Assembly: GCA_041659005.1 (NCBI GenBank)
Contig: JBAZZD010000001.1
Coordinates: 16,366 to 80,365 of the forward strand
Direction: 5' to 3'
Source: Minisyncoccota bacterium
Lineage (GTDB): Bacteria; Patescibacteriota; Minisyncoccia; UBA6257; GWB1-50-10
DNA: 64,000 nt
The notes beneath the pieces were generated by a model. The model was not told the DNA's origin. It worked only from the letters and a program-made list of their open reading frames with translations, and did not search any database. This document shows, piece after piece, positions 57,165 to 64,000 of this stretch; position 1 is the first letter of the stretch; each line of letters starts with the position of its first letter. The translations under genes and the position numbers were made by a program.

Positions 57165-57202
57165 TGATAATCAATAAAAACGACCGTTTTTATTGATTAT
57201 CA
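57165..57202. repeat. 38-bp palindrome (family copy 4, divergent arms)
   Basis: tgataatcaataaaaacgaccgtttttattgattatca: same length, ends and centre as copies 1-3. Confidence 0.9.
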
Positions 57203-57274
57203 TAGTTCCTTTCAAATATGAAAGGGAATTGTTGACATATGAAAATCCATTTTGCTTTTTACCTATTTAAACAT

Positions 57275-58021
57275 TTAAATCAAAAACTGTGTTAGTTTTG
57301 AAAGTATTCTTCGAGCAATAAAGAACGAAGGAATTTTTAGATTATTAACCAGCCAAGCCCTTTTTAATTCTTTCCAACCAATCCTTCTCTGCCCAATATC
57401 GCGTCCGGAAGCGCCACCATTATACATTCGGACCAAAACGCGCGGGAAATATTTTATGTTTACCCTATAAATTTTTAAAATCCTTAAAATAAATTCATAG
57501 TCGCCTGCTATCTTAAAATTAGAGTTAAACAAACCGCATTTTTCATAAACCGTTCGGTGCAAAAATAAAGCGGGATGCGGGATAATCCAACCATTATTTA
57601 ATTTATTTTCCCGATACTCCCCCGCCCGCCATATTCTTGTCATCTTATTAACATCAGTAGAAAAATATCCCACGTCACCGTAAACTGCCTCAATCTTTTC
57701 ATCCCTAAAAGCTTCAATGACATTTGCTAAAACTTTATCGTTATCAAATAAGTCATCAGAATTTAAAATCCCGATAATTTTCCCGCTGGCCATTTTAATT
57801 CCCCTATTCATCGCATCGTAGATACCGTTATCTTTTTCACTTACCCAATAAAAGATTTTATCGTTATATTTTTTTATAATATCAACAGTTCCGTCGGTTG
57901 ATCCACCATCAATAACAATATGTTCTACATCAACATTCTTCTGAGAAAGAACGCCCTGAATCGTAGCCTCTATGGTTAGAACACTGTTATAACAAGGAGT
58001 TACAATAGAAATTTTCATCAT
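57275..58021 (-). CDS. Glycosyltransferase family 2 (WcaE-like)
   Basis: ISIVTPCYN, IDGGSTDGT, GIYDAMN.G, LNSDD. Confidence 0.93.
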   Translation of the reverse strand: MMKISIVTPCYNSVLTIEATIQGVLSQKNVDVEHIVIDGGSTDGTVDIIKKYNDKIFYWVSEKDNGIYDAMNRGIKMASGKIIGILNSDDLFDNDKVLANVIEAFRDEKIEAVYGDVGYFSTDVNKMTRIWRAGEYRENKLNNGWIIPHPALFLHRTVYEKCGLFNSNFKIAGDYEFILRILKIYRVNIKYFPRVLVRMYNGGASGRDIGQRRIGWKELKRAWLVNNLKIPSFFIARRILSKLTQFLI

Positions 58022-59169
58022 TGATATACTTGTTCTATGCGCCTTGCAATGATGCGGGGATCGAATTCTTTACTAACAAGATCTTTTCCTGCAATAATAT
58101 AATTATTGCGAATTTTGTCGTTAGTATAGGTTTGTAAAAGCGCCTCAGCAATTACTTTCTCATTTAAAGAAACAACACTCCCCGCTCCATATTGTGAAAC
58201 AACATCACTGATACCAACATATTCTGAGATAACAATTGGTACCCCAACTGCAAGTGCCTCAGCGGGAGCCATTCCAAAATTCTCTGAATAAGAAGTAAGC
58301 GCAAACACGCGAGCTTCGCGCAAAAGCATTAAACGATCATTTCCCGATACAAGCCCAGTAAAAATTACCCTGTTTGAGATATTAAGATCGCGAATAATAT
58401 TCTGTAATGAATGTAATGTGTTTTCATCTGGACCAGCAATTACTAACTGCGCGTCTTCCATCTCTTCCTTCTCACACAAAAGAGAGAACGCATGAACTAA
58501 ATAGTCAATTCCTTTTTTCCAATTAAGGCGTCCAAAATACAAAATATATTTTCCCCGCATGATTCCAAAATGTTTAAAAATTTGTTCATCCAAGAAAAAA
58601 TTGTTTAACTCGCCTACATCCAATGCGTTGGGAATAACACACGATGGAAGAGAAAGTTTTGTAAAAGAGAGAAACTCTTTTTTTTCAAAGTTTGAAGTAA
58701 AATGGATTAATTTTGCGTGCTTATAGATATTTTTTAGGATTATCTGATATAATAACATTTTTTTAAAAAAGCTCTTTTTTTTCACAAGTGCGACATCCAT
58801 AGAACCGCGAGGAGAAAAAACAAATGGGCGCTCATGACACACAAAAAATTTTCCTGAAATCCAACACATCGGATCCCAAGTAAGATGGATATGAAATATA
58901 TCGAATGACTTATGAGTTTTTCTTAAAGCAGAAATAAAAGAAAATGAAAATCTCCATGTCCGCACCCCCCAAGAAGAAAAATAGTGGACTACTACCCCAT
59001 CAATAATTTTCTCACGCGAAATATTTTCAGAAAGTCCGAACGTTGTCGTATACACAGAAACTGAATGCCCCAATTTAACAAGTTCGGAAGCAAGTAAATG
59101 TACCGAACGAATGGGACCACCCCATCTAACCGACGGATAGTATGCTGGAATAATAAAGCAGATTTTCAT
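58018..59169 (-). CDS. Glycosyltransferase family 4
   Basis: GRLNWKKG, ENFGMAPAEALAVG.P. Confidence 0.92.
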   Translation of the reverse strand: MKICFIIPAYYPSVRWGGPIRSVHLLASELVKLGHSVSVYTTTFGLSENISREKIIDGVVVHYFSSWGVRTWRFSFSFISALRKTHKSFDIFHIHLTWDPMCWISGKFFVCHERPFVFSPRGSMDVALVKKKSFFKKMLLYQIILKNIYKHAKLIHFTSNFEKKEFLSFTKLSLPSCVIPNALDVGELNNFFLDEQIFKHFGIMRGKYILYFGRLNWKKGIDYLVHAFSLLCEKEEMEDAQLVIAGPDENTLHSLQNIIRDLNISNRVIFTGLVSGNDRLMLLREARVFALTSYSENFGMAPAEALAVGVPIVISEYVGISDVVSQYGAGSVVSLNEKVIAEALLQTYTNDKIRNNYIIAGKDLVSKEFDPRIIARRIEQVYQ

Positions 59170-59184
59170 AAAAACAAATTGAAA

Positions 59185-59856
59185 TCATTTTAAAAAACTA
59201 TAGAAAAATCTTAAAATAGATCTAACAAAATTTTCTAGTTTTTCCTTAAAGATAAGCTTTTTTAAATAACAACTCTTAAAATCACTATCTTGAATAGAAC
59301 TAATTCTCTTGCCAACAATCATACTAAACAGAGAAATATCCTTTAAATCATTTTCTATAAAAGAGTTTTCCTTTCTCATCTTAACGAAAACTCCAGAAGC
59401 CTCAGGATCATCTTTTAAAGAAAATATTTTAAAATCAGAAAATATCTTTTGCATGTCTTCTTTTTCATACCGCCAAAAATCATAAGGATAAGCATGAAAA
59501 TGAAAACCGCGAGATCGAGTTGTTATTATAATTGTTCCTTCCGGTTTACAAATTTTTTTTATATTTGATATAACGGTTTTCCAATCCCTTACATGTTCCA
59601 TTAATTCCGTTGAAATAACGACATCAAAGCTTTCTTTGCCAAACTTATCCACAAGGGAAGAGGCATCACACACGAAATCAACTCCAGGACCATCTTTTAT
59701 ATCAACCCCAATATATTTCTTTGGATTCAACAGGCCAACAATCGATCTGACGCTTCCATTTACGTCATATGAACCAACTTCTATAACATCTTTGCCCTCT
59801 ATTTCGTTTCTTTCTATATTCTCCGCAACATATAATATACAACTTACATGACACAT
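59185..59856 (-). CDS. Class I SAM-dependent methyltransferase
   Basis: VIEVGSYDVNG, FDVVISTELMEHV, H.YP.DFWRY. Confidence 0.88.
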   Translation of the reverse strand: MCHVSCILYVAENIERNEIEGKDVIEVGSYDVNGSVRSIVGLLNPKKYIGVDIKDGPGVDFVCDASSLVDKFGKESFDVVISTELMEHVRDWKTVISNIKKICKPEGTIIITTRSRGFHFHAYPYDFWRYEKEDMQKIFSDFKIFSLKDDPEASGVFVKMRKENSFIENDLKDISLFSMIVGKRISSIQDSDFKSCYLKKLIFKEKLENFVRSILRFFYSFLK

Positions 59857-59877
59857 AAAATAAATTTTAAAATATAA

Positions 59878-60849
59878 TTAATATCCTACGACTGTTATGT
59901 ATTTATTTTCGAAATACTCTTTTTTATTTTTGTAATATTCCCAATCAATTCCGTTTTTCTGAAATACAATTTGTGGAATATTTCCATAATACGAAGCAAA
60001 TGCGCCAAACGTACTATTAGAGCCTATTATACAGTCCACCATAGAAAGTTCAAGTAGGTCTCCAATGCTTTTTTCGTTGCGCTCTAAAAAAACATTGAGC
60101 CCAGAAAATATATCTAAATTAACATCACCGTCAGAAAAGACTAGAAAAACAACATTAGAAACATTCAATGAAAAAAAATCTATGTATTTCCGCAATATGA
60201 TCATAATTTCTTCATCAGAGAAATAAAATAATCCATTGGCAAAATAAAGATAATCTCCTTTTCGAATATGTACCCCAACGACAGTCGCATATGATTCCCT
60301 GTATTTCTTAATGCGCTCTCGAGCAGTAATGATGTATTGTTCTTTTGGCAAAAAATACTCCTTTATCTCACTTCTATATTTCAAGATGCCAACAGGATTA
60401 CGAAATAGCCAACCACTAAAATACAGAAAACTTTTTGTTTTTTCTCTATCAAATTCTAATATCTCTTGAGAGGTGCATTGCGAAGGAGGTAAATAAACAG
60501 GAATATTATGTTCGCAATCATGAGTCGCTCGCAGTATATGATCTGGATTTATTAGTTTTATAATGACAACACAAAATTGGTACAATTTTCTCATTACACA
60601 CCTATACCCACGAGCACAAATGGAATTATCGTTTTTAAAGTGAAAATAAATGAATTCTAAAAAATCAAAAAGAAAATTTCCAGAAGAAAAATGAAAATAC
60701 TTTCCATATTCAAAAAATGAATAATTATTACATTTATATTTTTTTTCTAAGCAATATGCGTATACACTCACGAAAAGCCACAATTGGTTCGCAAGCTGCC
60801 CCCCATTGTGTTCTAAAATAATTATCTTCTTCATTTTTTGGTAAAACAA
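59878..60849 (-). CDS. Glycosyltransferase family 11 (alpha-1,2-fucosyltransferase-like)
   Basis: GQLANQL, VHIRKGDY, SNSTFG. Confidence 0.85.
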   Translation of the reverse strand: MFYQKMKKIIILEHNGGQLANQLWLFVSVYAYCLEKKYKCNNYSFFEYGKYFHFSSGNFLFDFLEFIYFHFKNDNSICARGYRCVMRKLYQFCVVIIKLINPDHILRATHDCEHNIPVYLPPSQCTSQEILEFDREKTKSFLYFSGWLFRNPVGILKYRSEIKEYFLPKEQYIITARERIKKYRESYATVVGVHIRKGDYLYFANGLFYFSDEEIMIILRKYIDFFSLNVSNVVFLVFSDGDVNLDIFSGLNVFLERNEKSIGDLLELSMVDCIIGSNSTFGAFASYYGNIPQIVFQKNGIDWEYYKNKKEYFENKYITVVGY

Positions 60850-61568
60850 AACATACCGGTCCCAAACCCTCTCGCAGCGTCGTATGCATTAAATATTTCC
60901 TTTCCGTATAAGTACTTTTCTTCGATACACGAAAGTCCAGAAAAAATCTTAAAAACATAATCCCTCGTAAATGCTCTATGTGCATTACAATACGATATAT
61001 TCTCACGATCAACAGGAACAGAAATATATAAAAATCCCCCAGGGGCAAGCACGCGACAAAGCTCCTTTGCTGCTTTTTCTGATCCAAATGCATCTATTGA
61101 ATCTCCATAACGACCCAAACCAATATGCTCAATAACACAAATAGAACTTAGGGACGCAATGCTTCCATCATCAAAAGAAAGAGAGCAAATATTCCCCTTC
61201 ATGAACGACAATCCTTGAAGAGGAAGTTCAACCGGGCGTATATCTATCATCGTTGTCGGAACATACTGAGAAATAATACTCACCAAACCTATATGAGATC
61301 CAACGTCACAATGACGAGTGGGTTTGTGTTTAAAAATCATGGAAGCGCACCATGCATTTTGATAGAAATAAATAGGATCAATGGGGGTTATTTTCGTCTT
61401 ATCAGAAAAAATTGGATACAAATATAAAATTGATGCTCTGAATTCCTTATTTTTCTTTTGAGAATAGAAACTCAAAAAAAACATTGGAGCTTCATAAAAA
61501 AATCTAAAAACATTAAAACGAATGCCCCTCAAACAAGAAAATAATCGATATAATAATTTTAAAAACAT
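60831..61568 (-). CDS. DUF268-like methyltransferase-fold protein
   Basis: DVGS, IDIRP, SLS..CVIEHIGLGRYGD, NAHR. Confidence 0.82.
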   Translation of the reverse strand: MFLKLLYRLFSCLRGIRFNVFRFFYEAPMFFLSFYSQKKNKEFRASILYLYPIFSDKTKITPIDPIYFYQNAWCASMIFKHKPTRHCDVGSHIGLVSIISQYVPTTMIDIRPVELPLQGLSFMKGNICSLSFDDGSIASLSSICVIEHIGLGRYGDSIDAFGSEKAAKELCRVLAPGGFLYISVPVDRENISYCNAHRAFTRDYVFKIFSGLSCIEEKYLYGKEIFNAYDAARGFGTGMFCFTKK

Positions 61569-61571
61569 AAA

Positions 61572-62813
61572 CTAAGATTTTGACGCGACACTATTTTCAA
61601 AAGCACGAACAATACCAGAAATGTCATGAGCATGATCATAACTGGAAATAATTTCACGAGAACGTATTCCAAATTGATTTCTTTTAGAAGAATTATTGAT
61701 AAGATCACTTAAATATCGAGAAAGATATTTAATGTTACCCAACGGAAAAACAAAACCGTTCTCTCCGTGATGAACAAGATCAACTCCACATCCAACCATA
61801 TCAGAAACGATAATAGGAAGACCAAAATTCATCGCTTCATTTACAACAAGTCCCCACGTTTCTCCTGATCCCGATGGCAAAACAAAAATATCGGCAAGAA
61901 TATAAAATTCCGAAATTTCAGACGGATACCTAATTCCAAGAAGAGTAACATTTTTTATATTGTTGTCTGCGACATATTTTTCAATATCTCCTCTTAGTGG
62001 GCCATCTCCGACAAAAACGAGAACAGCATTATCCAATTGAGTATTATGAAAAGCAGAAAGCAAATCCAACGGTCTTTTCTTTTCTATCAATTTCCCAACG
62101 AATAACACGACTATGGAAGAAGGATTTATTCCAATTTTAATCTTTTTCTCATTTTTTTTAGATCGCAACGTCTCTGCTTGTTTTTGAAAAAAGATATTAT
62201 CTACGGAATACGGAACAAAAAATAATTTAGAATCTGGAATTCCATAGAATTGGTAAAACTTCTTATTTTGCTCTCCAATATAAAGAAATGCGGAAATAAA
62301 AGGAAATAACACCTTCCCCAAAAGAATCTTTTTTATAAAAATGTTAAATCGAGACTTTAAAATCTCTTGATTATATGGACTTTCAACACGAAGAAATATA
62401 GGAATTTTAAAAAAACGCGCCGCGAAAAAAGTTAACCAGTTAGAAAAAAAGTTCCAGCTATGCATGAAAATCGCATCATGATGAGCGGTCTTTATATTCC
62501 AAATAATTGAGGGATTTATGAGACTGAAAAAACTTCCAAAATTAGGAGAAAAAGAAAAATTTTTTAAAAACCGATAATTAATTCCAGTAAGAATATCTTT
62601 GTCATACCATTTAACAACTCTATTAAAAGTTTTATCAAGTCCTTCTTTTATCCCAAAATCAGAACAAAAATAAATACGCTCCTCTAAAATTTCATTATTA
62701 TGTATCTCTCTAAAAAGTCCCAAAAAATAATGTATGGGATGAGACATTATGACGCCAAGTGTATACTTCTTCTTCATACAAACGAAATTAAATTTCTCAA
62801 AATAACGCTCCAC
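61572..62813 (-). CDS. Glycosyltransferase family 4
   Basis: FVGKLIEKK.P, ETWGLVVNEAM. Confidence 0.92.
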   Translation of the reverse strand: MERYFEKFNFVCMKKKYTLGVIMSHPIHYFLGLFREIHNNEILEERIYFCSDFGIKEGLDKTFNRVVKWYDKDILTGINYRFLKNFSFSPNFGSFFSLINPSIIWNIKTAHHDAIFMHSWNFFSNWLTFFAARFFKIPIFLRVESPYNQEILKSRFNIFIKKILLGKVLFPFISAFLYIGEQNKKFYQFYGIPDSKLFFVPYSVDNIFFQKQAETLRSKKNEKKIKIGINPSSIVVLFVGKLIEKKRPLDLLSAFHNTQLDNAVLVFVGDGPLRGDIEKYVADNNIKNVTLLGIRYPSEISEFYILADIFVLPSGSGETWGLVVNEAMNFGLPIIVSDMVGCGVDLVHHGENGFVFPLGNIKYLSRYLSDLINNSSKRNQFGIRSREIISSYDHAHDISGIVRAFENSVASKS

Positions 62814-63880
62814 CTTTTGCCAATAGCAGCAATATTAAATCTTTCAGTAAAAATATTAAATGCATTAGTAGAAATGACAGACATTAGATTAGCATCATTT
62901 TTTAAAAGATACAAAGCATTAATGATCGATTCTGAATCAGCAAAATTACAAAAAATTATATCTCTCTTATCGGAAAAAACAGATAAAACGGCAACCCCAC
63001 GCGCAGTAATAATTGGCTTTTTCATCGCACATGCATCATAAATCTTTGTTGGAACAACAAGGTTTGCTTGTTGAGTGTCGCCAAATTGTCCCAAACAAAT
63101 ATCCATATCTGCCATAATTTCAGCTAACTTCTCCGGAGAGACTACATCATAAAATTGTATATTTTTCAATTTTAGCTTTTTTGCTACATCAATAGTCTCC
63201 AATTTTAATGGGCCATCTCCAATAACAATAAATGTAAATGTGGCATCGTTACGCAATGTAAGTTTATAAGCAGCGTCAACAATGTATTTCATCCCGTGAA
63301 GAGGATAGAAGCTCGAAACACAAAAAATTTTAATGGCTTCATGTTGTTTCATTTTTCTAGGATAATAAATTTCATTATCAGAACCAACGGGAATAAAGCA
63401 AAGTTTTTTAAATGGAATATGAAAAACTTCATGAAAATAATGCATGTGTTCGCTTGTATCCAAAATAACAAGATCGGAAAAAAAACAGGATAAAAAATCT
63501 AAACAAAAAAAATATATTCCATATATTGAAAATGGTTTAAATTTCTTTAGATCGCGAACAAGAACATGAAAATAAGAGATGAACGCATCAAAAACAAGCG
63601 GCTTTCTAAAAAAAATAGAAAATATTTTTGCCACAAAAACATAAGATTGTCCTGCGGCACTTACTATAATACAATCTACATCCGATATAACAGAAAAAAG
63701 ATCACGACTTAAAAAATATAATCGTAATATTTTATTTTTATTCGAATTATTGCACTCAATAACTGAAATGCCCACACCTCTTAATGCTTTTATTGTAATA
63801 CGAACTCGCGCATATGACGGATCATAACTACCAAAATAAACAACTTTCATATAATTCCTATTACTTATCTTTTTAGGCAT
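62774..63880 (-). CDS. Glycosyltransferase family 4
   Basis: PLHG, IGDG, DICLG.FG, VPTKIY. Confidence 0.85.
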   Translation of the reverse strand: MPKKISNRNYMKVVYFGSYDPSYARVRITIKALRGVGISVIECNNSNKNKILRLYFLSRDLFSVISDVDCIIVSAAGQSYVFVAKIFSIFFRKPLVFDAFISYFHVLVRDLKKFKPFSIYGIYFFCLDFLSCFFSDLVILDTSEHMHYFHEVFHIPFKKLCFIPVGSDNEIYYPRKMKQHEAIKIFCVSSFYPLHGMKYIVDAAYKLTLRNDATFTFIVIGDGPLKLETIDVAKKLKLKNIQFYDVVSPEKLAEIMADMDICLGQFGDTQQANLVVPTKIYDACAMKKPIITARGVAVLSVFSDKRDIIFCNFADSESIINALYLLKNDANLMSVISTNAFNIFTERFNIAAIGKRWSVILRNLISFV

Positions 63881-63904
63881 GTGCGATTCATTTTTTTATT
63901 ATCT

Positions 63905-64000
63905 CTACTTAAAAAATCTATTAATAACAAATAGTGCCCAAACTCTGGACCAGTGCAATCTTCTAGCTGCAAATGCGTTAAGAATTTTTGACGTCTCTTT
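63905..64000 (-). CDS. C-terminal fragment of an upstream gene of the polysaccharide locus (partial)
   Basis: Open frame from window edge KETSKILNAFAARRLHWSRVWALFVINRFFK*. Confidence 0.4.
   Translation of the reverse strand, partial: KETSKILNAFAARRLHWSRVWALFVINRFFK

Overview
AT-rich bacterial chromosome segment. Gene content and order (lepB-hisS-like-HIT-rpsU-yqeY-ybeY-ftsA-ftsZ-nrdJ, pilin-like genes, PaaX/Cas2-like regulator) suggest Parcubacteria/CPR; this is inference. Standard genetic code. Layout: (1) 0.1-4.7 kb housekeeping genes; (2) 4.7-13.1 kb unrelated, mostly minus-strand accessory genes; (3) 13.1-28.5 kb integrative element in the 3' end of tRNA-Asn, with a large serine recombinase, Rep-like HTH, SpoVG, a structured leader RNA, Type III R-M, an REase-STAND (Avs-like) protein and HEPN-type proteins; (4) tRNA-Lys preceded by two identical 311-bp 'tRNA 5' half + palindrome + GIY-YIG' units; (5) 30-47 kb core genes; (6) a large secreted gene split at a G7 tract; (7) a polysaccharide locus. 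The most notable signals are four. The recombinase gene is cut by its own att site, and its missing 36-codon tail lies at the other end of the element. Up to five further att-arm scars, all starting at the same GC, punctuate the adjacent accessory genes like an integron cassette array. A family of 38-bp palindromes sits at gene strand-switch points and flanks a PaaX/Cas2-like gene. The GIY-YIG units mimic the tRNA-Lys 5' half. All calls come from reading motifs by eye; no searches were run.
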